Positions 10,126 through 19,973 of a stretch of DNA of 64,000 nt are shown in pieces. This stretch comes from an uncultured Candidatus Rokubacteria bacterium. GTDB lineage: Bacteria > Methylomirabilota > Methylomirabilia > Rokubacteriales > CSP1-6. The stretch is from the NCBI GenBank assembly GCA_963754315.1, contig CAVWFS010000008.1:544001-608000 (forward strand), read 5' to 3'. Positions within the stretch are counted from its first letter, which is position 1; each line of letters starts with the position of its first letter. The notes under the pieces are model-generated. The model was given only the letters and a program-made list of their open reading frames with translations. It did not search any database and was not told the origin of the DNA. Position numbers and translations under genes: made by a program.

Positions 10126-10950
10126 ATGACGCAGCTGGCAGAAAGGGTCGCTCTCGTCACCGGTTCCGGGCGCGGGATCGGTCGAGAGGTCGCATTGAGG
10201 CTTGCCCGGGACGGAGCCAAGGTCGTGGTCAACGATCTGGACGAGGCGCCCGCCGCCGAGACCATCAAGATGATCGAGGCGTTGGGCGGCAAGGCCGTGG
10301 CGTGCCTTGGCGACGTGACGGCCAAGGATTTCGGGGAGCGCATCGTGGACACCGCCCTCACGCAGCTGGGCGGGCTGCACATCATCGTCAACAACGCGGG
10401 GTATACGTGGGACAACGTCATCCAGAAGATGACGGACGAACAGTGGTACGCCATCCTCGACGTCCACGTCACCGCGCCCTTCCGCATTCTGCGCGCCTTT
10501 GCGCCCCATTTGCGAGCGGCTCATGAGGAGGAGACGAAGCAGGGCGTGCGGGTGGTCCGCAAGGTCGTCAACATCTCCTCCACGTCCGGGGTCAATGGCA
10601 ACGCGGGCCAGGTCAACTACTCGTCGGCCAAGGCCGCCGTCATGGGCATGACGAAGACGATGGCCAAGGAATGGGGCCGCTACCACGTCACCGTCAACTG
10701 CGTGGCCTTCGGCTACATCCAGACGCGGCTCACGCAACCTCTGGCCGAGGGCGAAGCCGGCAGCATCGAGGTGCAGGGGCGTCAAGTCAGAGTCGGCGTG
10801 CAGGGAGCGCGCATCGCGGCCATGAACCAGATGATCCCGCTCGGTCGAGGCGGCACACCGGCGGAGGCGGCTGGTGCCATTTATCTCTTCTGCAGCCCCG
10901 ACAGCGACTACGTGAGTGGGCAGACCCTCGTGGTAACGGGTGGTCTCTGA
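10126..10950 (+). CDS. Short-chain dehydrogenase/reductase (FabG-like)
   Basis: TGSGRGIG, NNAG, YSSAK catalytic motif; SD GAGGAG upstream. Confidence 0.92.
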   Translation: MTQLAERVALVTGSGRGIGREVALRLARDGAKVVVNDLDEAPAAETIKMIEALGGKAVACLGDVTAKDFGERIVDTALTQLGGLHIIVNNAGYTWDNVIQKMTDEQWYAILDVHVTAPFRILRAFAPHLRAAHEEETKQGVRVVRKVVNISSTSGVNGNAGQVNYSSAKAAVMGMTKTMAKEWGRYHVTVNCVAFGYIQTRLTQPLAEGEAGSIEVQGRQVRVGVQGARIAAMNQMIPLGRGGTPAEAAGAIYLFCSPDSDYVSGQTLVVTGGL

Positions 10951-12029
10951 TGCTCTCGCGCACCGGCGACCTCCGCATCGAGAGCTTCCGCCCCCTCATC
11001 CCACCAGCGATCCTCGTCGAGGAATTGCCCCTCGGCGAGCAAGGATCGGCCACCGTGGTCCGGGCCCGCGAAGAGGTGTCCCGCATCCTGAACGGGCAGG
11101 ACGACCGGCTGGTCGTGATCGTCGGGCCCTGCTCCATCCACGACCCAGCGGCGGCCATGGATTACGCGCGGCACCTCAAGGCAAAGGGCGATGACCTGCG
11201 GGACGAGCTCTGCATCGTCATGCGGGTGTACTTCGAGAAGCCGCGCACCACGGTGGGCTGGAAGGGTCTCATCAACGACCCTCATCTGGATGGAAGCTTC
11301 GTCATCAATACGGGATTGCGTCGGGCGCGCCGTCTGCTTGTCGATCTGGCCGAGATCGGCATGCCCGCGGGCTGCGAGTTCCTCGATCCGATCTCGCCGC
11401 AGTTCACGGCGGACCTCGTATCCTGGGGCGCCATCGGGGCCCGCACGACGGAGAGCCAGGTCCACCGTGAGCTGGCCTCCGGCCTTTCCATGCCCATCGG
11501 GTTCAAGAACGGCACCGACGGGGGAGTACAGATCGCCATCGACGCCGTTCGCTCCAGCGCCCACCCTCACAATTTCCTGGGCGTGACCGAACAGGGCTTA
11601 TGCGCCATCGTCGCCACCCGCGGCAATCCCGACTGCCACGTGATCCTCCGCGGGGGGGCGACGGGCCCCAATCACGACGCGGTGAACGTCCAGAAGACCG
11701 CCGACGCCCTGCGGGCGGCCGGCCTGCCTGCTCGGATCATGATCGATACGAGCCACGGCAACAGCAGCAAGGATCATCGCAGGCAACCGCTGGTGGCGCA
11801 CGATATCGCCGAGCAGGTGAGCCTCGGGGAGGCGGCCATCTTCGGGGTCATGATCGAGAGCTTCTTGATCGACGGGCGTCAGGACCTTGTCGACCCCCGC
11901 ACCCTGCGTTACGGGCAGAGCATCACCGACGCGTGCATCGGCTGGGAAGCCACCGGGCCGGTGCTCGGCGAACTCGCGGCCGCCGTGCGGGCGCGCCGGC
12001 GAACGCGAGGAGCGCAAAGCCGCTCCTGA
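10950..12029 (+). CDS. aroG: 3-deoxy-7-phosphoheptulonate (DAHP) synthase, class I-alpha (isoenzyme identity uncertain)
   Basis: GPCSIHD, RVYFEKPRTTVGWKG, GARTTESQVHRELASGLS, FKNGTDG, SITDACIGW; ATG overlaps the TGA of the SDR gene. Confidence 0.95.
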   Translation: MLSRTGDLRIESFRPLIPPAILVEELPLGEQGSATVVRAREEVSRILNGQDDRLVVIVGPCSIHDPAAAMDYARHLKAKGDDLRDELCIVMRVYFEKPRTTVGWKGLINDPHLDGSFVINTGLRRARRLLVDLAEIGMPAGCEFLDPISPQFTADLVSWGAIGARTTESQVHRELASGLSMPIGFKNGTDGGVQIAIDAVRSSAHPHNFLGVTEQGLCAIVATRGNPDCHVILRGGATGPNHDAVNVQKTADALRAAGLPARIMIDTSHGNSSKDHRRQPLVAHDIAEQVSLGEAAIFGVMIESFLIDGRQDLVDPRTLRYGQSITDACIGWEATGPVLGELAAAVRARRRTRGAQSRS

Positions 12030-12057
12030 CGGTTCGTTGATGGGCTGAGGCGATTGC

Positions 12058-12465
12058 TCAAGAGGGCTTCTTCGCCTCACGCTGAGCGACGGGGAAACCG
12101 GCGTTCTTCCAGGCCGTGAAACCGCCATCCATCTCGCAGACGGGCGCCAGCCCCATCTGCTGGGCCACGTCGGTGGCCAGGGCCGACCGCCAGGCCGCGT
12201 TGCAATAGAAGACGAACTCCTTGCCGGAGGCGAAGATGGCTTTGTGATATGGGCTGTCGGGGTCGACCCAGAACTCCAGCATGCCGCGGGGACAGTGAAA
12301 GGCGCCGGGGATCAACCCCTCGCGCTCCAGCTCGCGGACATCGCGCAGATCGACGAAGACGACGTTGTCCTCGCCCAAGCGCGCTCGGGCCTCCTCGAGC
12401 CCGATGGTTTTGATCCGGGACTTTGCCTCATCGACCATCTGGCGAAAGCCTTTTCGCGGTGCCAT
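12058..12465 (-). CDS. Rhodanese-like domain protein
   Basis: VDLRDVRE...IPGA, PRGMLEFWVDP, FYCNAAWRSAL, MDGGFTAW. Confidence 0.88.
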   Translation of the reverse strand: MAPRKGFRQMVDEAKSRIKTIGLEEARARLGEDNVVFVDLRDVRELEREGLIPGAFHCPRGMLEFWVDPDSPYHKAIFASGKEFVFYCNAAWRSALATDVAQQMGLAPVCEMDGGFTAWKNAGFPVAQREAKKPS

Positions 12466-12478
12466 GCTGATTTCTCCT

Positions 12479-12967
12479 CTAGAGCGGAATGGCCAGAAGC
12501 GTATCGATCCGGCTACTGTCACACACCACGACGCGCTCGCGGAAGCGGAGCGTGCCCTCTTCCTCCACGAGGAGGTCGAGGTAGCGGCCCGTGGCGAACA
12601 GATCCATCGTTCCGTCGCGCATGATGCGCACCACCAGGAACGGGGTCTCTGCCCGCACCGTTCCGTCGACCTCGCCCAGGATGGCCGGCATGCCGACCAG
12701 GTGGCGATACGTCTGGCGTTCGTAGATATTGGCCTCGCGCAAGGCGGCCACCCGATCGCGCAGCATGCCCGGCGAGTCCGCGTAGACGAGGCCGACGGCA
12801 AACCCCTTCCGATAGTTGTCGGCCGAGGTGATCTTGTAGAGGCACTCGTCGGCGAAGAAGCCGGGCCAGTCCTCCAGGCGATCGTCGTCGAGGGCGCGTG
12901 CGTACTCGGCGTTCAACTGCCACAGGAGCGGTAACACGCTGGTGGCCGAGGCCTCGAAGGCGGCCAT
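12479..12967 (-). CDS. Aromatic ring-hydroxylating dioxygenase beta subunit (TphA3-like)
   Basis: LDDDRLEDWPGFF, MLRDRV.ALREANIYE, C-terminal DSSRIDTLLAIPL; directly downstream of the alpha subunit. Confidence 0.88.
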   Translation of the reverse strand: MAAFEASATSVLPLLWQLNAEYARALDDDRLEDWPGFFADECLYKITSADNYRKGFAVGLVYADSPGMLRDRVAALREANIYERQTYRHLVGMPAILGEVDGTVRAETPFLVVRIMRDGTMDLFATGRYLDLLVEEEGTLRFRERVVVCDSSRIDTLLAIPL

Positions 12968-12968
12968 C

Positions 12969-14207
12969 TCAGTACCCCATGTAGCGACGATAGGCCTTCC
13001 AGAAACCACGCACCGAGGCCTCGGTGGCGCGCGTCGCTTGCGATTCGGCGCCTTCGCCACCCATGTTGACCACCGAGAGCGCGCTCTCGGCCGCCACCGC
13101 CCCGCGCTCGACGAAGCCACCGACGCAGCCGTCCTCCATGGACACGTAGCCAGCCGGCCCGACCAGGTTCGCCTGCTTGAGCCGCCGGCGCCGCATCTCG
13201 GGCGTGTCGTCGACGAACCCGAGGTAGGTCCAGTGCAGATCCATGCCGTGCAGACCCAGCGGCACAATCTGCCGCACGGCCAGGCAGTTATGGATCTGCT
13301 GGAGGACGAAGTTCGGAAACACCGACAGAATCTGCAGCTTGACCCCGTCGCCGAACTCGTCAACGCTGTCCAGCAGGCTCGGATCATGAAGACGATAGCC
13401 CTGGTGTTCCGAGCGGATCCCTTGCTCCCGGTAGGCGGTGCTCGTGCTGTCCTCGGGGCGGTCGATGGTGTAGCTGGCATGATGCCCGCCGTCTGCGCTC
13501 ACGACCACGCCGCCGCCCTGGGTGAGGCGCGTGATGCGGAACGTTCCGAAGAACGCGTGGAGCAAGCTGGCGTGGTACGTGTCCTTCACGTTCTCCAGGT
13601 AGAGCTTCCAGTTGTTCGGCAGCCGCTGGGTGAAGCGGCCGAGCACCTGCACGGGCTTGCGCAGCACCCGCTCCAGACGCGCCCGCACCTCGTCGCCGAG
13701 ATACTCCTTGATGGGCGGCGTCTCGGCCGCCAGACTCGCGAAGACGAGGCCGCCGAGCACCGCCGTGAAGAGCTTGCGCGGTCCATGGTCGGCCTTGCAG
13801 AAGGACGCAGGCATGCCGCCCTGGCCGTGGGCGCCCCGCTCGAAGGCCACGCTCAGCAGATTCCCGCGCAGATCGTAGTTCCAGGCGTGATAGACGCACT
13901 GGAAACGCTTGGTGTGCCCGGCGTCGTCCAGCGCGAGGAGTGCCCCACGGTGCGCGCAGCGGTTCTCGAACGCGTGGATCTCGCCCCCCTCGCCACGCAC
14001 CACGATGACCGGCATCTCGCCGACGAAAGCCGTGCGATAGTCGCCCGGCTCGACGAGGTCGGATTCCAGGCAGACGTAGTTCCACAGGGGGCCCTCGAAG
14101 ATGCGCCGCAGCTCGGCGCGATAGTTGGCCTCGTCCTGATAGACCCAGTACGGCACGCGGGTGAGGCCCTCCGCGGGCCAGACACGGTGCAGTTCGGAGG
14201 TGGTCAT
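12969..14207 (-). CDS. Rieske aromatic ring-hydroxylating dioxygenase alpha subunit (terephthalate 1,2-dioxygenase TphA2-like)
   Basis: Rieske motif NRCAHRG...CVYHAW, iron site [43 protein letters not shown]. Confidence 0.9.
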   Translation of the reverse strand: MTTSELHRVWPAEGLTRVPYWVYQDEANYRAELRRIFEGPLWNYVCLESDLVEPGDYRTAFVGEMPVIVVRGEGGEIHAFENRCAHRGALLALDDAGHTKRFQCVYHAWNYDLRGNLLSVAFERGAHGQGGMPASFCKADHGPRKLFTAVLGGLVFASLAAETPPIKEYLGDEVRARLERVLRKPVQVLGRFTQRLPNNWKLYLENVKDTYHASLLHAFFGTFRITRLTQGGGVVVSADGGHHASYTIDRPEDSTSTAYREQGIRSEHQGYRLHDPSLLDSVDEFGDGVKLQILSVFPNFVLQQIHNCLAVRQIVPLGLHGMDLHWTYLGFVDDTPEMRRRRLKQANLVGPAGYVSMEDGCVGGFVERGAVAAESALSVVNMGGEGAESQATRATEASVRGFWKAYRRYMGY

Positions 14208-14243
14208 GCGAACTCCTTCCTGCGCGCTTCCATCACGCTCGCG

Positions 14244-15017
14244 CTATTCCGCGGCCAGCCGCGGCAGGATCTCGGCGATCGATCCGCGCAGCACGACATC
14301 GGCCAAGCCGTCCATGGCCGTTGGCTCGGCGTTGACGATGACCACACGTGCTCCCGCCTCCTGGGCAAGAGGGACGACGCCGGCGATCGGATACACGGAC
14401 AGGGTCGAGCCCACGGCCAGCATGAAATCGGCGCGCCGAGCTGCCGTCTGGGCCCGTATGAGATCATCGGCCACCAACCCCTGACCGAAGGAGATGGTGG
14501 CGGCCTTGAGGATGCCCCCGCAGGACCGACAGGGGGGATCGGCCTCGCCCGCTTGCACCCGGGCCAGAGCGCGTTCCATGGGTGCGCGTTCACCGCAAGC
14601 CATACACACGACCTCTCGGGTATGCCCGTGGATCTCGATCACCCGCGCCGGTGAGGAACCGGCCTTGATGTGCAGGCCATCGACGTTCTGCGTGATGAGG
14701 GTGTCGAGCTTCCCACGCTGCTCGAGGGTGACCAGGGCCTGGTGGCCGGCGTTTGGCTTGGCCGTGAGGTAAGGTGACTCGAGCCGGCTGCGCCATGCGC
14801 GCTTCCTGACGTCGGGCTCGGCCATATAGTTCTGGATGGTGGCCATCTTTTCTGCCTCGGGATTCTTGGTCCAGACCCCCTGAGGGCCTCGGAAGTCGGG
14901 AATTCCCGAATCGGTCGAGATTCCGGCGCCGGTGAGGGCGACCAGACAGCGCGCGTGGTCGATCCATGCCCGGACGGTCTTGATTGAACTCTCGAGGGAC
15001 GAGGAGTCGGCGACCAT
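14244..15017 (-). CDS. cobB: Sir2 family NAD-dependent protein deacylase
   Basis: LTGAGISTDSGIPDFRG, ITQNVDGLH, EIHG, two CxxC, GSTLSVYP, IVN.EPT. Confidence 0.92.
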   Translation of the reverse strand: MVADSSSLESSIKTVRAWIDHARCLVALTGAGISTDSGIPDFRGPQGVWTKNPEAEKMATIQNYMAEPDVRKRAWRSRLESPYLTAKPNAGHQALVTLEQRGKLDTLITQNVDGLHIKAGSSPARVIEIHGHTREVVCMACGERAPMERALARVQAGEADPPCRSCGGILKAATISFGQGLVADDLIRAQTAARRADFMLAVGSTLSVYPIAGVVPLAQEAGARVVIVNAEPTAMDGLADVVLRGSIAEILPRLAAE

Positions 15018-15076
15018 GCCGCGATTCTGCCATATCCCGACCTTTGCTACACTGCTCGTGCAGACATGAGGCTAAG

Positions 15077-15955
15077 GTGACCGACTGGCCCCGACCGCTC
15101 ATCGAGACGTCCGATCTGGCGAACCGTCTTGCCGATCCTCGGTTGCGTCTGCTCGAGTGCACCACGGTCCTCACGCCGCTGCCCGACAACAGCGGTTACC
15201 GCGCCGAGAGTGGGCGGGCTCTGTATGACGCCGGGCACCTGCCGGGCGCCGCCTTCGTGGACCTCCTCTCGGAACTGTCGGACACCACGAGCCCGCTGCG
15301 CTTCACGATGCCGACCGCGGATCGGCTGGCAGCGGCTCTGGGGCGCGCCGGGGTGGGCCCCGGGACGTTCGTGGTCGCCTACTGCCGATCCCACAACACG
15401 ATGGCGGCACGGCTGTGGTGGATGTTACGCGCGATCGGCTTCGACGACGCGGCGGTGCTGAACGGTGGCTGGAAAAAATGGACGTCCGAGGGCCGTTCCG
15501 TGAGCACGGTCGCCACCGCCTATGCGCCCACCACGCTCGCCGCACATCCGCGGCCAGGTCTGTTCGTCGGCAAGGACGCCGTCCTGGCCGCGATCGATGA
15601 TGGGCGAGCGCTCCTCGTCAATGCTCTCAGCCGGGAACAGCACGAGGGACGCGGGGGCATCCACTATGGTCGCCCCGGGCGCATCGCGGGCAGTCGGTGC
15701 GTCCCTGCGCGCGAGCTGACCGATCCGGTCACGCAGGCGTATCTGCCGCAGGCGCGGCTGCGTGAGATGTTTGTCGACGCGGGCGCGCTCGGCGGAGAGA
15801 AGGGGCTACGCCGCGTCATCACCTACTGCGGTGGCGGGATCGCCGCCAGCAGCGACGCATTGATCCTCACCCTGCTTGGCGCCACCGACGTCGCCGTGTA
15901 CGACAACTCACTCTCGGAGTGGGCCCGTGACCCGAGCCTGCCCATGGAGCCATAG
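15077..15955 (+). CDS. Tandem-rhodanese sulfurtransferase (SseA-like)
   Basis: GHLPGA, AARLWWML, VLNGG..KW, YCGGGIAA, YDNSLSEW. Confidence 0.9.
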   Translation: MTDWPRPLIETSDLANRLADPRLRLLECTTVLTPLPDNSGYRAESGRALYDAGHLPGAAFVDLLSELSDTTSPLRFTMPTADRLAAALGRAGVGPGTFVVAYCRSHNTMAARLWWMLRAIGFDDAAVLNGGWKKWTSEGRSVSTVATAYAPTTLAAHPRPGLFVGKDAVLAAIDDGRALLVNALSREQHEGRGGIHYGRPGRIAGSRCVPARELTDPVTQAYLPQARLREMFVDAGALGGEKGLRRVITYCGGGIAASSDALILTLLGATDVAVYDNSLSEWARDPSLPMEP

Positions 15956-15964
15956 GGAGACACC

Positions 15965-18175
15965 GTGGCCGGACGAACCATCTACGAAGCACCCCGCGTG
16001 GCCGCCAAACCTGGCGAGGAGATCATCACCAGCACGTGCGGCCACAACTGTGGCGGCCGCTGCGTGGTCAACGCCCACGTCGTGAACGGCCGGATGGTCA
16101 AGATCAGCACCGATCCGCGCAAGTGGTCGCCGGAGCATCCACCGCTCCACGCCTGCGTGCGCGGCTTCGGGATGGTGGAGCGCGTCTATCATGCCGACCG
16201 GCTTCTCCACCCGAAGCGGCGCCGTGGTCCACGGGGGGAAGGCCAGTGGGAGCAGATCTCGTGGGACGAAGCGCTCGACGAGGTCGCGCGCCAGATGCGC
16301 CGCGTCCGGGACACCTACGGCGCCGCCGCCATCCTCGACTGCTCTCGCTCGGGTAGCACCGCCCTTCTGTACAACCGGGCGCTGGTGCAGCGACTGCTCC
16401 ACATGTTCGGCGGCTGCACCGAGCTGTGGTCGAATCTCTCCGCGGAGGCGGAGGTCTTCGCGGTGCGCCATACCTTCGGGGCCAAGGCCGACTACAAGTC
16501 GTCGGGGCGCGAGGGTCTCGATTATCGCAACTCGAAGCTCATCCTCATGTGGGGGTGGAGCCCGGGCGACGGGCACTTCGGAACCGGCTCGATGGACTTC
16601 GTGAAGTGGGCCAAGCGACACGGCACGCGTGTGGTCTCGGTGGACCCGCGGGTGACGCGGACGAGCCTGCAGGTCGCCGACGAGCACATCTTCATCCGGC
16701 CCTCCACCGACGCCGCCATGCTCATCGCCATGGCCTACGTCATCGTGAGCGAGGACCTGCACGACCAGGCGTTCTGCGACCGCGTGGTGCTCGGTCTCGA
16801 CGAGGCGCACCTGCCGCCTCAAGCGCCACCCGGCTCGTCTTACCAGTCGTACCTGTTTGGTTTGAGCGACGGCGTGCGCAAGACACCAGAGTGGGCGGAA
16901 GCCATCACCGGAGTGTCCGCCGAGACCATCCGTCGCCTGGCGCGAGAGTTTGCCACCCAGAAGCCCGCGGCCATCCACTGCGGGTACGCGCCGGGCCGTA
17001 CGCGCTACGGCGAGCAGTTTCACCGGGCCGCCTACACCTTGGCGGCCATCACAGGCAACGTCGGCATTCCGGGGGGCAACTCCGGTTGTAGCGGCGGCGC
17101 CAAGCCGCGCATCAAGGGCAGCATCCCAGCCGGTCCGAACCCAACGGGCGCCAAGGTGGCCTCGAACCTACTCGCCGACGTGCTGACGCGGGGGAAGGCT
17201 GGCGGGTACCCGGCCGACATCAAGCTGATCTACTCGGCCTTCGGCAATCTTCTGAACCAGTGCGGCAACGTCAACAAGACGGTCGCCGCCCTGGACAACG
17301 TGGAGTTCATCGTGGTCCAGGACCACTTCGAGACGCCGCTCGGGCGCTATGCGGACATCCTGCTCCCGGCCACCACGTCCTGGGAACGCAACGACATGCA
17401 GGTACCCTGGAGCGGCGCCGGCCACTACACGCTCTTCATGCGCCAAGCCATCGCCCCCGTCGGTGAATGTCGCAACGACATCGACATCCTCGCCGATCTC
17501 GCCCAGCGCCTCGGTATCGAGGGGTTCAACGACAAGACGGACGTGCAGTGGCTCCAGGAGTTCTGCGCAGGGACCGACATCGACGACTTCGAGGCCTTCC
17601 GAGCGGGCGGGCTGGCGCGTCAGCCGGCGCCCGATGACCTGGTGGCGTTCGCGCAAGAGGTGCGTGACCCGGAGCGACATCCGTTCTCGACCCCGTCGGG
17701 AAAGATCGAGGTCTACTCGATGTCCATCGCGGCCAAGCCCGACGTGTACGGGCTGGGGCCGATCCCGGCCATTCCCACCTGGATCCCGCCCGTGGCACCC
17801 GATCCGCGCTACCCGCTGATGCTGTGCAACGCGAAATCGCGCGCCCGCACCCATTCCATCCACGACAACCAGGAGATCCTGTCGCGCGCGGATCGACGCG
17901 ACGTGTGGATCCACTCTGAAGATGCGGCGGCCCGCGGCATCGTCGACGGCCAGCCCGTGCGGGTCTTCAACGACCGGGGCGCCACGATTCTCCCCGCCCA
18001 TGTGACCGATCGCATCGCGCGCGGGGTGGCCGCCATGAAGGAAGGCGTGTGGTTTACCCCGAACGAGGAGGGCACGGATCTGCGCGGCTGTCCCAACGTG
18101 TTGACCGAGGACTCCTCCTCGCCCGCGGGGGCGAGCACCTACAACACCTGTCTCGTCGAGATCGCGCCCGCCTGA
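15965..18175 (+). CDS. Molybdopterin oxidoreductase, DMSO reductase (DmsA-like) catalytic subunit
   Basis: TCGHNCGGRC...C 4Fe-4S motif, DRLLHP..R..RGEG.W..ISWDEALD, IRPSTDAA, ADILLPATT.WE, TPSGKIE, RARTHS. Confidence 0.92.
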   Translation: MAGRTIYEAPRVAAKPGEEIITSTCGHNCGGRCVVNAHVVNGRMVKISTDPRKWSPEHPPLHACVRGFGMVERVYHADRLLHPKRRRGPRGEGQWEQISWDEALDEVARQMRRVRDTYGAAAILDCSRSGSTALLYNRALVQRLLHMFGGCTELWSNLSAEAEVFAVRHTFGAKADYKSSGREGLDYRNSKLILMWGWSPGDGHFGTGSMDFVKWAKRHGTRVVSVDPRVTRTSLQVADEHIFIRPSTDAAMLIAMAYVIVSEDLHDQAFCDRVVLGLDEAHLPPQAPPGSSYQSYLFGLSDGVRKTPEWAEAITGVSAETIRRLAREFATQKPAAIHCGYAPGRTRYGEQFHRAAYTLAAITGNVGIPGGNSGCSGGAKPRIKGSIPAGPNPTGAKVASNLLADVLTRGKAGGYPADIKLIYSAFGNLLNQCGNVNKTVAALDNVEFIVVQDHFETPLGRYADILLPATTSWERNDMQVPWSGAGHYTLFMRQAIAPVGECRNDIDILADLAQRLGIEGFNDKTDVQWLQEFCAGTDIDDFEAFRAGGLARQPAPDDLVAFAQEVRDPERHPFSTPSGKIEVYSMSIAAKPDVYGLGPIPAIPTWIPPVAPDPRYPLMLCNAKSRARTHSIHDNQEILSRADRRDVWIHSEDAAARGIVDGQPVRVFNDRGATILPAHVTDRIARGVAAMKEGVWFTPNEEGTDLRGCPNVLTEDSSSPAGASTYNTCLVEIAPA

Positions 18176-18211
18176 GAGTTCGCCCGCGCGGCACCTCGAC
18201 ACGGAGGTCAC

Positions 18212-19144
18212 ATGCCGGAGCGACCGTTACCGACCGAGGCTGAAGTGCGCGCCTGGCTTCGTGACAGGCGCAACTGGGGTCGTTGGGGAAAGGACGACCA
18301 GCGCGGCGCCATCAACCTGATCACACCCGAGAAGCGCGCGCGGGCGGCCAGACTGGTCCGTAGTGGCCGCAGCGTCTCGCTGAGCCGCGAGTTCCCCAAG
18401 GAGCCGGGCATCAATAACGCATTCCCTGCCCAGCACTGGATGCGCACGGTCCCGCGCGGGAAGGGCGGCTTCTCCGCTGACTATTACGGCATCTTCTATC
18501 ACGGCGTCGCCTCCACCCACATCGACGCCCTCTGTCACACCTGGGACGAGGGAGGCATGTGGAATGGCCGCGATCCCAAGCAGGAGATCACCTTCGACGG
18601 GGCGACCTTCGGCTCGGTCGAGCACTGGAGCGAGGGCATCGTCACGCGCGGAGTGATGCTGGACGTCCCGCGCCATCGGGGGACTTCCCACGTCACGCAT
18701 GATCGGCCCGTCCACGGCTGGGAGCTCGACGACATCGTGAAGGCGAGGGGTATCACCCTCGAGCCCGGGGACGCCGTGTGTGTCTATAGCGGCCGCGACA
18801 CATGGCAGGCCGCCCATCCGGACACGCCATACGGCCGGCCCTACGGAGGCGGCGCCAATGATCGCCCCGGCCTGCACGTCTCTTGCTTGCCCTTCCTGCG
18901 GGACCGCGACGTGGCCGTGCTGGTGTGGGACATGCTGGATCACATTCCGATCGGCTACGACATCCCGTGGGCCGTCCACGCCGCCATCTTCGCCTACGGT
19001 GTAGCGCTCCTGGACAACGCCCTGCTGGAGCCGCTGGCCCAGGCGTGTCGAGAAGAAGGGCGAGACGAATTCCTGCTGGTCATCGCGCCGCTCAGGGTGC
19101 GCGGCGGCACCGGCTCGCCGGCGAATCCTCTCGCATTGTTCTGA
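18212..19144 (+). CDS. Cyclase family protein (kynurenine formamidase-like metallohydrolase)
   Basis: NWGRWG.DD..GA.N, HGVASTHIDALCH, GIVTRGVMLD, GGTGSPANP. Confidence 0.88.
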   Translation: MPERPLPTEAEVRAWLRDRRNWGRWGKDDQRGAINLITPEKRARAARLVRSGRSVSLSREFPKEPGINNAFPAQHWMRTVPRGKGGFSADYYGIFYHGVASTHIDALCHTWDEGGMWNGRDPKQEITFDGATFGSVEHWSEGIVTRGVMLDVPRHRGTSHVTHDRPVHGWELDDIVKARGITLEPGDAVCVYSGRDTWQAAHPDTPYGRPYGGGANDRPGLHVSCLPFLRDRDVAVLVWDMLDHIPIGYDIPWAVHAAIFAYGVALLDNALLEPLAQACREEGRDEFLLVIAPLRVRGGTGSPANPLALF

Positions 19145-19168
19145 CCGGGAGTTAGATCCTCCGCGCGT

Positions 19169-19654
19169 TCACTTCAGGCGCCTCAACTTACGGTTCACGG
19201 CGGCGAGGTCGAAGACCTCCGGGTCGTTGATGGCCTCCAGGAACTCCGTGTAGCCGGGTGGGCCGCCGCAGTTCTCCGGAGGGCATGCGCGCTGGCCAGC
19301 CAGGCACTCGGGATGGCGAAGCGCGGGATCCGGCAGGTCGATCTTCTCGACCATCACGTGATGCCTCCAACCGTCTCCTAAGTCGTACACGTACTCGAAG
19401 CGCGCACCTGGGATCGGCCCCGCCTCCCGCAACGTCAGCCGCCTCTCGTCTTCCACCTCGTACTCGGGCTCGTCTGGCTCCGGTATGCCATAGCGTCGGC
19501 CGCCCACGGTCCACTCGTGGAGATGCTCGTCCCGCCAGCCTAGGGTTCTCTGGAGAACGACGTGCAGTCGTTCGAGCGAGAGATCACCGCGCACCCTGAT
19601 ACGTCGCCAGACCGGCGGCTTGACATCGGCCAGCGTGACTTTGAGCTGATACAT
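19169..19654 (-). CDS. Plasmid pRiA4b ORF-3 family protein
   Basis: YQLKVTL...PPVWRRI, LH.V.Q...GW...HLH, YVYDLGDGW.H, G.RACPPENCGG..GY. Confidence 0.88.
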   Translation of the reverse strand: MYQLKVTLADVKPPVWRRIRVRGDLSLERLHVVLQRTLGWRDEHLHEWTVGGRRYGIPEPDEPEYEVEDERRLTLREAGPIPGARFEYVYDLGDGWRHHVMVEKIDLPDPALRHPECLAGQRACPPENCGGPPGYTEFLEAINDPEVFDLAAVNRKLRRLK

Positions 19655-19973
19655 CGACGATAAGATAACTTCGCCGCGAACCGACGGCCACCATGAACAT
19701 CGACCTGTGATTTCGACCGTAGCCGCGCTTGTCTGAATCGTCCCAAACCAGCCCTGCCGACGATTTTCCCCTTGACATCTTCAGCTGGGGACGAGGTGTA
19801 AGGGGTCGGTAGTGCTGATCAGTATCGGCTCAACGGGCTGTACGCGCTTCCCATTATGCGAGTGGTCGTGGTGGAACCCGAAACCATGGTTTGTCTCAGA
19901 ATCTCTCGCCCTGGAGGCTCCGGGGCAGGCCGAAAATCCAGGTGTACAGTCGCTCTGCCGGAGGAGACGTGCC

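Noticed and set aside
12942..14654. 570-aa plus-strand ORF, and similar long ORFs at 58558-60147(-), 51745-52797(+), 15908-17023(-)
   Set aside because: Antisense shadows of well-supported genes, common in high-GC DNA; no motifs
14244..15017. Sir2 protein as an anti-phage defence effector
   Set aside because: Classical short CobB-type sirtuin with Zn-binding CxxC pairs in a metabolic context, with no defence partner genes
19772..19800. TTGACA upstream of the DUF222-HNH gene as a sigma70 promoter
   Set aside because: No credible -10 hexamer at 16-18 bp spacing
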